A stretch of DNA of 64,000 nucleotides, from positions 13,022,001 through 13,086,000 of the forward strand of contig NW_024704742.1 of NCBI RefSeq assembly GCF_018977255.1, given 5' to 3'. A program made the position numbers and the translations under genes. The stretch comes from Callorhinchus milii. Its lineage: Eukaryota. Shown one piece after another: positions 26,101-36,600 of this stretch. Positions within the stretch are counted from its first letter, which is position 1. Every line of letters starts with the position of its first letter. Below the pieces are notes generated by a model. That model made no database searches. It saw nothing but the letters and a program-made list of their open reading frames with translations, and was not told the DNA's origin.

Positions 26101-29100
26101 AATATCCTTGGTGTGGTTTCTGACAAACGCTTGAACCCAATTTCACAACGTTGGTCAGGACGTTGGGCCAAACTCCCTTTTTTTTTTTTGATTCGGGCCA
26201 TGATATCTTTAACGTCCATTTAAACAGTAAGGACCATGGTTTACTGTCTTATCCAAAGGACAGCACCTCGAACAACACAACACATCCTTGCATTACACCC
26301 TCTTTCAATCTCCCCATCCCTCTCTTTCTTTCTTTCGCCCTCTCCCTCACATTCATTCCCTCCGGTCCTCACACAATCTCCCTCTCTCTCTCAATCACTC
26401 TCTCTGCTCTCTCCCACCTCTCTCAATCACTCTCTCTCCCTTACCTCTCTGTCACACACATACTCTGTTCCCCACGCCTCCATGCAGCAACCAGCATTCT
26501 ATTGGGAGTGTCAGCTTAGACTATGTGATTCAAAGTGCTGCTGTGGGGCTTGAACCCACAACCTCCTGACTCAACAAGTGCAACTAACTGAGCCAGGCAG
26601 ACATCTTATTTGTAGGTGCAATAATAGTGTTAAAAGTGTCAATTCACAGTTGAGTGCACAAGTTATTTGCTATGCTTTAAATACCCCATGTTGGACAACA
26701 GATTCTGGAAACCGTCTCAAGAGAAGCAGCAACATTTCCGCTCTTTCCAGTGTATTGAAGCACTGTTCTGTGGCCTTAAGAAGCATTTCGCATTGTATTC
26801 GACCAGGCAGAGTCTCAAACAGTCCTGAAAAGCAATTCAACAGTCCTGACATAGGATGCCAATTGTGTATAAAAGCCTCTCAAACATACATTAAATATTA
26901 GTATGTCAAATTGAAACACAACTTGCTATTTTGTTCCTCTTTACCTTTTGGATTTATTTGCAGACACCAGTATACAACAACAACAAGATTACATTTGCAT
27001 AGCGCCTTTCACGTCGGGAGGACGTCCCAAGGCGCTGGACAGAGAACAGCATTTCAGACCCGAGCTGGGGTCGAGGTGGGGAAGGGAGGGGAGAGGTAGG
27101 GGGGAAGCCGATGGCATGGTCGAAGGGGAGATTCTTGAGGCGGGACTTGACGGAGGCTAAGGAGGGGGTGAGGCGGAGTGATTGGGGGATGGAATTCCAG
27201 AGGTTGGGGGCAGAGTGGCTGAAGGTTCTCCCACCAATGGTGGGGCGAGTGGGTCGGGGGACGTGGAGCAGGCCGGAGCCGGCTGAGCGGAGGGAATGGG
27301 CGGGTTGGTAGGGGGTTAGGAGGTCACAGAGGTAGGGTGGGGCGAGGCCATGGAGGGCTTTGTATGTGAGGATCAGGATCTTGAACTGGATCCTCTGAAG
27401 GATAGAGAGCCAATGGAGTTGGGCGAGAATGGGGGAGATGGGGTCACGGAGTTTGGTGCGGGAGAGGACACGGGCTGCAGAGTTCTGGATTATCTGCAGC
27501 CTATGGAGGGAGGAGTTGGGAAGGCCGACAAGCAGGGAGTTTGCAAGGTCGAGCCTGGAGGTGATGAAGGCATGGACAAGAGTTTCCTCCGCCTGAGGGG
27601 TGAGGTAGTGGTGGAGTCGGGCGATGTTACGAAGGTGAGGGAAGGCAGAGCGGGTCATGGCTTGAATGTGGGGAAGAAAAGACAGTTGGGGGTCGAACAA
27701 GACACCGAGGTTCCTGACTGGCTTGGTGAGTTGAAGTGTGCAACCATGGAGGTTGATGCTGCCAGAGCCTGAGGTGCGGAGGCGCTGGCGTGAGCCAATC
27801 AGGAGGGCCTCAGTCTTGTTCGCATTCAACTGCAGGAAATTTTCCCTCATCCAGGACTTGATGTCCGACCGGCAGTCTGTCAGGACAGCAGTGGTCCTGG
27901 AGTTGAGGGTAGAGACAGAAAGATAGAGTTAGGGGTCATCTGCATACATGTGTAAATTGACCCCATGTCTGCGGATGATGTCACCAAGGGGGAGCATGTA
28001 GATATTAAGGAGGAGAGGACCAAGGACAGAGCCCTGGGGGACGCCAGACATGACAGTGCGGGGGCTGGAGGAGAAGCCGTTAAGAGGCAACGAAGTGGAC
28101 ACAGTGAGAGAGATAGGAATCGAACCAGGCAAGGGCAGGTCCGTGAAGATTAAGTAAGGAGGAGAGGCGGTGTATGAGGATGAAGTGGTCGACAGTGTCG
28201 AAGGCGACAGAAAGGTCGAGGAGGACAAGGAGGCAGAGGGAGCCCTGATCACAGATGTTCAGAATGTCATTAGTGACTTCGACCAGGGCTGTTTCCGTGC
28301 TGTGGGCAGAGCGGAAGCCGGATTGGAGGGTTTCGAAGAGGGAATGGCGAGAAAGAAAGGAACAGAGCTGGGACGCGATGACTCATTCCAGGACCTTGGA
28401 GAGGAATGGGAGATGGGGCAGTAGCTGGAGTGAAGGGATGGGTCCAGGGAAGGTTTTTTCAAGATGGGGGTGATGATGGCTGTTTTTACAGGGGTGGGAA
28501 CTGAACCAGTGGACAAGGAGAGGTTGATAATGTCGGACATTATTTGAACAGAGAAGGGAGTTTGTCCCATGGTCTTGGCCAACAATCCCCCAGATACAAT
28601 CCGTCATTCAGTTCAAGGCTGCTTTTGTGTCATTGCTGTGCGCCAATATTGGCTGCATCATTCCTCTTCCAAAATACACAGTCACTACACTTTGCAGGAA
28701 ATCCTGCAAAGCACTGAGGTGTTCTGTTTGATGTGAAATTAAGAGTTATTATTGATTTAGTTTTGTTCTAGTTCAATTACTGGACCTTTTCTTTCAATTA
28801 CAATTTTCAGGATTTTTGCTCTTGATAATAATACTTTATTTACATAGGTTTGTAAACTTTACTGAACAGCCAATGGTCAGGAGTATTCAGCGAGCCATGG
28901 TTAACCTGCTGAGCTGGCTGGTGAGGTACAGTGAGGAGATGGGGGCAGTGATGTCTTCCCAGGGACGACATTTTGGAACTCCGCTCAATGCAAGATTTCA
29001 ATTTTGATCTGAAGCCAAAGGGAACTATTGGCAAGTGATTAGAATTTGCTACTTAAAAATGCTTTTGGCAATTTGAATATTGGCAATTGTGAATTAAAGT

Positions 29101-31399
29101 CCCAGTATCATGCTGCAGTCCTTCATTAGCTTCCAAGAATGTAAACAATTTACATTTAATGACTTGCTTACCTGATTCAATTATATAAAATATAACAACA
29201 CCAGCACATTGGTGTCACCTGCAGGTGCTACTGCTGGGATAAGAATAGCATTCCAGGTGGAAATTCTGAAAATAGTTCTGCTTACCATGTTCAACATTGG
29301 GCAAGGACAAGTAGCTCAGTGCTTCTCAGTGCCATGTTCAACAAAGCCACAGACCACTTTGGTAACCTTGAGAGAACATTTTATAACCATTTCAGCCATC
29401 ATTTTTTATGACTATTTAAAGAGCTTTTCTTCCTTCTCTGCTAAAAATACACAAGAGTACATAGTGCTGTAGCATCTACCAAACAACCTGGGAAACAAAG
29501 GCAATGCCTGATGTAGCAGTAACTCCTGGATTGTGCTGCTAGTTGATTTCGGTCAGGGTGTTTTTTATGCGTGAACACATTGGCAGCTATTTAACTTTGA
29601 AAGCATGCAGCTGAGCCTGAACACAAGTACTTTCAAATAGAATCAATAGTAATAATCTTTACATTTGATATAGCCTTATCATGTATTCGAGACGTCTCAA
29701 AGTGCTTCACAGAAAATACTGCAAAGTGAATTTACTGTATAATTTGTCTGCGAAATGTGGCAGCCATTTGTGCACATCAGCGTCCCACAAACAGTAGTGG
29801 ATTGAGTGACCAATTTTTTTTCTGAATGGACAGCAATTAAAGTGGGAACCCTGTCTAATGTCCATCCTTCTTAGTCCAAGGTGAACTGCAACGACTCAAC
29901 TGAAGCCCTGATTGGTATTTGAACATAAAACCTTCTGCAATGGCCATTATTTCCATCATAATATAATAATAGCATTTGATATAGCGCCTTACAACTTCAT
30001 TGAGATGTCTCAAAGCCTTCACAGAATATACTGTAAAGTGGATTGACTGTATTTTGTGGGCGAAACGAACTAAGAAAGTACACAATCTGGTAAAATGTTT
30101 ATTAAAATTAAAAGAAAACAAAATCTTTTCCAAAACCTCCTAGTAACACATTTACACCCCATTAAAAAGTACCCAACCATATCCAACCATACAACAGCAA
30201 TAAGATTACATTTGTACAGTAGCTTTCACGTCGGGAGGCGCTAAGTAAATAAAAAAAATTCTGCTTACCTCGTAAAAACTGTGTCTGTTTGTCCTGAGAA
30301 TCATTACGCAATGCTCCAGTAATTACACTTATTTCCCTCCAGACCATAGGCTGGTCAGTAAAGTTCACAAACCTATGAAAATAAAGCATTATTAGAAAGA
30401 ACAAAAATCCTGAAAATTGTAATCGAAAGATCTAGTAATTGTACTAGAACAAAACTAAATCAATAATAACTCTTAATTTCACATCAAACAGAACACCTCA
30501 GTGCTTCGCAGGATTTCCTGTAAAGTGTAGAGAATGTGTATTTTGGAGAGGAATGATGCAGCCAATGTTGGCGCACAGCAATGACACAAAAACAGCCTTG
30601 AACTGAATGACAGATTGTATCTGGGGGATTGTTGGCCAAGACAATGGGACAAACTCCCTTCTCTGTTCAAATAATGCCATGCCTCTAAACACCCATCTGA
30701 ACCTCAATTTAAAATCTCAACCGAAGGACCCCAATTCTCTCCAATTCTTCCCCCTTCTGAAGAATGGTTTTGTCCACAGGCTCTGCAGTTTCAAAACTGG
30801 TCCTTGAGTAAGGACCAAAATCCTTAAATTCTTTTCCATTTTGGGAGCATGTGCTAACTGGTGCGGCATATAACAGCCATACATTAGCAAGGCCTGGGGA
30901 GGAGGTGTTCAGTCACAAGCCTATCATTCAGGACATTTTAATGGCATTTTCTCCCCATGCAAGAGTCATCACCGGGTGATAATTAGCATGGCACATCCCA
31001 ATTCTCTTCCATCCTCCTCCTCCTCCCATAGGTTTGCCTTACCGGCAAACAGTTGACATGAGAGCATTCAAACATCTAAACAAACATTTAAGCACTTTGG
31101 AACATCCTCCCGACATGAAAAGTACTATATATATATACAAATTGTGTTGTATTTCTACCAGTTGTTGCTGGAGTGTAAAAAAAATCGATATCTCTAGTGC
31201 TGTAAATATGTCTTATATATATGTAAAAATGCTTATCCAATATTGACAATGTTGTCCAAACTACGTCAATTGACTGTACACTTTGTTGTTGTTCTCCACC
31301 TGCAAACAGAAAGGTTTCTAATGTCACTCACATGTCATATAGGAGGCGGCCAGCTGAAGCAGTCCTCTCAGCATTCCTCTCAATCGTGTACATTTCATA
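8031..31399 (-). CDS. INTS10: Integrator complex subunit 10, spliced CDS exons 2-17 (first coding exon not in the visible sequence)
   Basis: 16 GT-AG-bounded exons join in phase to 2001 nt. The translation runs [27 protein letters not shown]...[51 protein letters not shown], which I recognise as vertebrate INTS10 (~710 aa) lacking about 43 N-terminal residues. Confidence 0.96.
8737..8808 (-). CDS. INTS10: Candidate alternative in-frame cassette exon of INTS10 (72 nt, +24 aa)
   Basis: tgttttcaag|GAATTCT...GACAG|gtacc; phase 2/2 matches its neighbours; open frame [24 protein letters not shown]. Confidence 0.7.
11743..11836 (-). CDS. INTS10: INTS10 coding exon 16 (94 nt)
   Basis: cctag|...TAAA|gtgag; [32 protein letters not shown]. 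Confidence 0.95.
11837..12032 (-). other. U12-type (minor spliceosome) GT-AG intron, 196 nt
   Basis: Donor GTATCCTTT; branch site TCCTTAAC 10 nt upstream of the exon start; no polypyrimidine tract. Confidence 0.92.
12033..12195 (-). CDS. INTS10: INTS10 coding exon 15 (163 nt)
   Basis: tttgtag|...ACCA|gtatccttt; [54 protein letters not shown]. Confidence 0.95.
12531..12853 (+). mobile_element. tRNA-SINE, short young subfamily, full length
   Basis: GTGGAGTCCTGTAGCTCAGTGG (A box), GAGTTCAATTCC (B box), L2-like stem-loop tail, (TTA)n. Confidence 0.92.
13209..13288 (-). CDS. INTS10: INTS10 coding exon 14 (80 nt)
   Basis: tttag|...CAAG|gtaag; [27 protein letters not shown]. Confidence 0.95.
13540..15367 (+). 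mobile_element. L2 LINE, 5'-truncated, RT and 3' end (younger subfamily)
   Basis: [46 protein letters not shown]; tail gggacgtcctcccgacgtgaaagg...(TTG)n. Confidence 0.95.
16364..16472 (-). CDS. INTS10: INTS10 coding exon 13 (109 nt)
   Basis: ctgcag|ATG...AGAG|gtatgg; [36 protein letters not shown]. Confidence 0.95.
16696..16959 (+). mobile_element. tRNA-SINE with an internal deletion
   Basis: Intact head and tail; body shortened near 16905. Confidence 0.88.
18003..18149 (-). CDS. INTS10: INTS10 coding exon 12 (147 nt)
   Basis: taaag|...AGG|gtaag; [49 protein letters not shown]. Confidence 0.95.
18220..18520 (-). mobile_element. Old SINE (Deu-SINE-like), highly degraded
   Basis: L2-like tail plus ctgcactggattgtcagcc motif. 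Confidence 0.45.
18744..18826 (-). CDS. INTS10: INTS10 coding exon 11 (83 nt)
   Basis: ctttaag|...CCAG|gtaag; [28 protein letters not shown]. Confidence 0.95.
19103..19256 (-). CDS. INTS10: INTS10 coding exon 10 (154 nt)
   Basis: ccccag|...AAAG|gtagg; [51 protein letters not shown]. Confidence 0.95.
20273..20409 (-). CDS. INTS10: INTS10 coding exon 9 (137 nt)
   Basis: taatag|...ACAG|gtgag; [46 protein letters not shown] (contains a basic KRRK stretch). Confidence 0.94.
21167..21336 (-). CDS. INTS10: INTS10 coding exon 8 (170 nt)
   Basis: ttcag|...CAAG|gtgagt; [56 protein letters not shown]. Confidence 0.95.
22025..22196 (-). CDS. INTS10: INTS10 coding exon 7 (172 nt)
   Basis: gctag|...AACAG|gttgga; [56 protein letters not shown]. 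Confidence 0.93.
22887..23027 (-). CDS. INTS10: INTS10 coding exon 6 (141 nt)
   Basis: aacag|...CAAG|gtaatg; [47 protein letters not shown]. Confidence 0.95.
23355..23660 (+). mobile_element. tRNA-SINE, short young subfamily
   Basis: Nearly identical to 12531-12853 and to the reverse complement of 25057-25382. Confidence 0.92.
23960..24041 (-). CDS. INTS10: INTS10 coding exon 5 (82 nt)
   Basis: attag|...TTTG|gtaag; [27 protein letters not shown]. Confidence 0.95.
24720..26147 (+). mobile_element. Solo LTR (about 1.1 kb without the nested SINE), antisense to INTS10
   Basis: TG...CA termini; ACGT TSD at 24716-24719 and 26148-26151; TATAAAA near 25613; AATAAA near 26085; internal short direct repeats. 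Confidence 0.75.
25057..25382 (-). mobile_element. tRNA-SINE, short young subfamily, full length, nested in the LTR
   Basis: Full head to tail; GAGAGAA TSD at 25050-25056 and 25383-25389. Confidence 0.93.
26152..26600 (-). mobile_element. Old SINE (Deu-SINE-like) interrupted by CT-rich low-complexity sequence
   Basis: catgatatctttaacgtcc...gagtgtcagcttagactatgtg...ggggcttgaacccacaacctcctgactc. Confidence 0.6.
26685..26824 (-). CDS. INTS10: INTS10 coding exon 4 (140 nt)
   Basis: ttttcag|...GGG|gtattt; [46 protein letters not shown]. Confidence 0.95.
26974..28537 (-). mobile_element. L2 LINE, 5'-truncated, RT and 3' end
   Basis: [40 protein letters not shown]; (CAA)n and stem-loop tail at the left end. 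Confidence 0.95.
28538..28883 (+). repeat. Inverted duplicate of 30337-30676 (INTS10 intron 2 end plus 36 nt of exon 3)
   Basis: Colinear with the reverse complement of 30337-30676, roughly 90% identical by eye. Confidence 0.93.
29648..30068 (-). mobile_element. Two partial tRNA-SINE 3' halves (29648-29820; 29965-30068)
   Basis: Family tail and body motifs, no heads. Confidence 0.75.
30269..30372 (-). CDS. INTS10: INTS10 coding exon 3 (104 nt)
   Basis: tttcatag|G...CGAG|gtaagc; [34 protein letters not shown]. Confidence 0.95.
31332..31399 (-). CDS. INTS10: INTS10 coding exon 2 (68 nt)
   Basis: tttag|TATGAAATG...GACAT|gtgagt; [22 protein letters not shown](M). Confidence 0.95.
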
Positions 31400-31518
31400 C
31401 TAAATTTAAAAAAAGTATAAAATCAATTCACAAAATGAATCTTCAGAGATAATGATCTTACCAAAATCTGTCAGTGCATGTTCCCAACTGAGCCAAGCTG
31501 ACAACTCTGAATGCTTAG

Positions 31519-31575
31519 AGCGGGTGGTCCAACTGGTGGCCCGTGAGCCTGGGGGATGATTTCATCCGGCCCGCA
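31519..31575 (+). mobile_element. hAT-Charlie-like DNA transposon terminal fragment
   Basis: gcgggtggtccaactggtggcccgtgagcc...catccggcccgc resembles hAT-Charlie left ends. Confidence 0.4.
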
Positions 31576-31689
31576 AACACACTCGAATGGTGTGTCTAGA
31601 GCCCAGGCTTGGTCTGACACAGCAGGAAAAACAGTGGCGGGAGGCGGTGATTAGCAACAAAGCCTGGCAATCACTTTCAAATAAGTAAG

Positions 31690-32090
31690 AAGACAGAGAC
31701 AGAGTGATGTATAGAGACAGAAAGAGAGAGAGATACACAGACACAGAGAGAAATAGATAGACATAAACAGAGAGATACAGAGTTAGACACAGACAGAGAT
31801 ACTTGCACATACAGAGATATGCACACAGAGAGACAGAGATACCCACAGACAGAGAGAGAGAGAGAGAGATACCCACAGACAGAGAGAGAGATACCCACAG
31901 ACAGAGAGAGAGATACCCACAGACAGAGAGAGAGATACCCACAGACAGAGAGAGAGATACCCACAGACAGAGAGAGAGAGATGCGCATGGACAAAGAGAG
32001 AAATGTAGAGACAGACAAACAGAGAGAGATGCAAAGATGCAAAGTCACAGAGAGACAGTGACACAGACACACACAGACAGAGAAACAGAT
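31690..32090. repeat. (AG/AC)-rich compound micro/minisatellite, ~22-bp unit gagagatacccacagacaga
   Basis: Tandem units visible directly. Confidence 0.9.
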
Positions 32091-32094
32091 ACGG

Positions 32095-32860
32095 ATAGGT
32101 AGGGAGGTACGAGGGCATGAAGTGATTTTAAAACAAGGATCTGTTCAATGATTGGGAGCCAGTGGAGTCTGGCAAGGACTGGTGTGATGGGGACATGGAG
32201 TTTTGTGCGGGTAAGTATCCAGGTGGCGGAGTTTTGAATTAATTGGATTTTGTGTATGGTTTGGAGCTCGAGAGACCAGCGAGAAGGGCATTGGAATAGT
32301 CCAGCTTGTAAGTGACAAAAGCTTGGACAAGGGTTTCAGCTGTGTCGGTGGTGAAGTAAGGACGGAGGTGGGCAATGTGACAGAGGTGGAAAGTTGCGGT
32401 CCTTGTCAGGGAATGTATGGCAGAAAGGAAAGCTGGGGATCAAACGTAATCCCTAGTTGTGCATGGGTACAGAGAGTATGAGGGAGAGGCCGGGGAGGTT
32501 GAGGAATTCAGAACCACAGGAGAGAAGACGTTGATAGGAGCCAGAGTACAGCTTCCATGTTGCCAACAGTCAGCTACAGGAAATTTACGTTCATTCGGGC
32601 CTTGATGTCAGACAAGCTGATACGACATCAGTGGACTGGGAGTCACAGCTGGAGAAGTAGATTTGTGTGTCATTCGCGTACATGTGGAATTGACCTATGT
32701 CTGCAGATGACGTCACTAAGATGGAGCATGTACATAAGGAAAAGAAGGGGCCAAGGCTGGAGGCTTGGAGTACACCTTGGACTAGGCCGGGGAGGAAGGG
32801 GGGGAGGAAAAACCATTGACTGAGATGACGTGCTGGCGGTTGGTTAAGTAGCACTTCGAA
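32095..32860 (-). mobile_element. Degraded L2 RT fragment
   Basis: [20 protein letters not shown]-like remnants. Confidence 0.8.
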
Positions 32861-32863
32861 ACC

Positions 32864-33541
32864 CACACACAGACATATACAGATACACACACAGGTACGC
32901 ACACACACACAGGTACGCACACACACACACAGACACACACACACAGGTACGCACACACACACAGGTACGCACACACACACACAGACACACACAGGTACGC
33001 ACACACACACAGGTACGCACACACACACACAGACACACACACACAGGTACGCACACACACACAGGTACGCACACACACACACAGACACACACACACAGGT
33101 ACGCACACACACACAGGTACGCACACACACACACAGACACACACAGGTACGCACACACACACAGGTACGCACACACACACACAGACACACACACACAGGT
33201 ACGCACACACACACAGGTACGCACACACACACACAGACACACACACACAGGTACGCACACACACACAGGTACGCGCACACACACACACAGACACACACAC
33301 ACAGGTACGCACACACACACAGGTACGCACACACACACAGGTACGCACACACACACAGGTACGCACACACACACAGGTACGCACACACACACACAGACAC
33401 ACACACACAGGTACGCACACACACACAGTACGCCCCACACACAGACACACAACACACAACAGACCGTACACACAACACGCACAGGTCGCACACACACACA
33501 GGTCACCACACACCAGGTACCACACACACACAGGTACGCCC
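32864..33541. repeat. (CA)n compound satellite with GGTACG interruptions, running into the assembly gap
   Basis: Unit caggtacgcacacacaca, tandem. Confidence 0.95.
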
Positions 33542-33566
33542 NNNNNNNNNNNNNNNNNNNNNNNNN
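33542..33566. other. Assembly gap (25 N)
   Basis: Run of N. Confidence 0.99.
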
Positions 33567-33626
33567 AGGTTGGAGAGGTAGGAGGGAGCAAGGCCGTGAA
33601 TGGCCTTGTAGGTGAGGATGAGGATC
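33567..33626 (-). mobile_element. Short L2 fragment
   Basis: Reverse complement of gatcctcatcctcacctacaaggccattcacggcc. Confidence 0.75.
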
Positions 33627-36600
33627 TGTTACGGCACAGAAGGAGGCCATTCGGCCCATCGAGTCTGTGCCGGCTCTTTGACAGAGCAAGTCACTTTCAC
33701 TAACCCCATTCACCAGCTTTCTCCCCATAACCCTGCAAACCCGTCCTCCCCAGATACCTATCCAGTTCTCTCTTAAAAGCTGTTATCGAATCGGACTTCA
33801 CTACCCTTTCAGGCAGATCATTCCAAATTCCAACAACTCGCTGAGTGAAAAAATTTCTTCTAACCTCCCCTCTGCTTCTTTTGGCAGATATCTTAAGACT
33901 GTGACCACGGGTCACAGACACACCTACCAGTGGAAACAGCTTTGCCTTATCGAGCCTGTCGAAACCTTTCATGATCTTGAAGACCTCTATCAGGTCCCCG
34001 CGTAACCTTCTCTGCTCTAATGGGAAAAGTCCTAACTTCTCCAGCCTGTCCTCATAGCTAAGGTTCCCCATTCCTAGTATCATTCTCGTGAATCTCCTCT
34101 GCACCCTTTTCAGTGCTTAATGTCTTTCCTGAAGTAAGGTGCCCAGAACTGGGCGCAGTACTCCAGCTGAGGCCTAACCAGTGTTTTGTATCGATTAGCC
34201 ATAACCTCCCCACTCTTATACTCTATGCCCCTACTAATGAAGCTCAGTACACCAAATGCCTTTTTTACTGCCTTATCCACCAGCCCCCCTGCCTTTAATG
34301 ATTCGCTTACTTGAACACCCAGATCTCTCTACGTTCATCCCCCTTAAGATTGAGCTACCAAGTCTATATTGCCTCCTATCATTTTTCCTACCTAAGTGTA
34401 TCACCTCACACTTATTCACATTGAAATCCATCTGCCACATGTCAGCCCACTCCATCTTCTGTGTGGTTACAGTCCTCCTCACTATTCACTGCCCTACCTA
34501 ACTTTGTATCATCTGCAAACTTGGAAATAGTGCTCTCTATGCCCAAGTCCAGATCATTAATATAGATTAGAAAGAGCAGTGGCCCCAATACCGATCCCTG
34601 GGGGACACCGCTGCACATCTCCTTCCATTTTGGGCAACTCCCAATAACCACCACCCTCTGCTTTCTGTCACTCAGCCAGTTCTTAATCTGCCACTGTCCC
34701 CTTAATACCGTGGGCCTCTAATTTTTGTATTAATCGAATTCAAGATCCTCATCTTCACCTACAAGGCCATTCACGGCTTTGCTCCCTCCTACCTCTCTGA
34801 CCTACTATCCCCCTACCTACCTGTACCCTCCGTTCCTCTGGCTCCGGTCTGCTCCACATCCCCTGCACCAACAACCCTACCATCGGTGGCCGGGCCTTCA
34901 GCCTCTCAGCCCCGAGGCTCTGGAACTCTATCCCCCAGTGCCTTCGCCGCCTCCTCCCTTTCCTCCTTCAAGGCCGGTCTCAAGACCTTTTGCCTTCAGC
35001 TCCCCTCTCGACTCTCTACCCCCTCCTCGCTCCCTCCCTTCCCTCACCCTGACCATTTCCCCCCAATGCTCAGGTCCTGACCCAACTGTACAGCGCCTTG
35101 GGACGTCCTCCCGACGTGAAAGGTGCTCTATAAATGGAATTTTGTTGTTGTAATAATCTCTTATGCAGTACTGTGTCAAAAGCCTTTTTGAAATCCATGT
35201 AAATAACATCCACCGCATTTCCCTCATCAACCCTTGCAGTCACCTCTTCAAAAAATTTATCAGATTTGCTAAAGGCAAGATTTGCCTTTAACAAATCCAT
35301 GTTGGCTGTCTCTAATTACCTCATGTTCCTCTAAGTAGAGATTTATTCTGTCCCGGATTATGGTCTCCAGTAGTTTTCCTATTACCGAAGTTAGGCTGAC
35401 TGGCCTGTAATTTCCGTGTTTGTCTTTCTGCCCCTTTTTGTAGAGGGGGTAACATTAGCCACTCTCCAGTCTCTTGGCACCACTCCTGTGTCCAATGAAG
35501 ATTGAAATATAATGGCCAAAGCCTCCGCTATTTGAACCCATATCTCCCATAGCAACCTTGGGTGAAACCCATCTGGTCCTGGTGACTTATCAATTTTGAG
35601 CCCAGTCAATCTTTTCAGAACTTCCTTTCTGTCTATAGTAATTTGATCTATTTCCTCTACCCTCTCATCCAATACTGCGGCATTTGGTGCATCCATTTCC
35701 GTTGTGAAGACAGATGCAAAGTACTCGTTCAGCCATGCCCTCTGCCTGCACAACAAGATTGCCGTCATTGTCTTTGATTGGCCCCACCCTACCTTTAACT
35801 AACCTTTTTTCCTTTATGTGCTTGTAAAATATTTTAGGATTCCCCTTTATGTTACCCGCTAACCTCTTCTTATGCGATCTTTTAGCCTGTCTTATCACTT
35901 AAGATCACTCCTGCATTCTCTATAATGCGTTTTGCTATCCTCAGTATCTTGCGTCTTCCAATTTTCGTACGCCGTCTCTTCTTTTTCATCCTAGACAGAA
36001 TATCCCTGGTCACCCAGGCTGGCTTGGTTGCCGTACATTTCCCTTTTGTGGGAATATATCTATTTTGACCTTGAGCTATCATATCTTTGAAGATCTCCCA
36101 TTGCTCATGAGTCGTTTTACCTGCTAGTCTCACTTGCCAGTCCACCAACTCTAGGTCCCTTTTTAGCCCATCAAAATTAGTCCTTTTCCAGTCAAGCATT
36201 TTCATCCTTGACTGTACTTTGTCCCTGTTCATGAGTAATCTAAATCTAATAATATTATGATCACTGTTATCTAGATGCTCCCCTACCGAAACCTGTTCAA
36301 CCTGACCTATTTCATTCCCCAGCAATGCTTCCTTCCTCGTAGGACTGGAGACATACTGCTCAAGAAAATTTTCCTGTACACAGTCTATGAATCTTTCTCC
36401 TGCCTTGACCTTAGCGCTGCTATCTTGCCAGTCTATATTGGGATAATTGAAATCCCCCATTATCACAACTCTGTTCGTCTTACATCTATCTACGATCTGG
36501 TTGCAGATCTGCTCCTCTATCTCCTTCCCATTGTCTGGTGGTCTATATTAAACCCCTATCAGTGTAACCACTCCTTTCTTATCTCTAACCAGATGGATTC

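Noticed and set aside
28816..29007. Plus-strand ORF containing [10 protein letters not shown], suggesting an INTS10 paralog
   Set aside because: Only 36 nt of exon 3 within the inverted duplication; no further exons.
31562..32118. Repetitive ORFs and an 'ALLLITASR' stretch faintly like INTS10 exon 1
   Set aside because: Microsatellite translations. The similarity is a few residues only, with no matching N-terminus or donor site.
32591..33728. Long Cys/Val-rich ORFs (269-302 aa)
   Set aside because: Translations of the (CA)n satellite; two of them also span the N gap.
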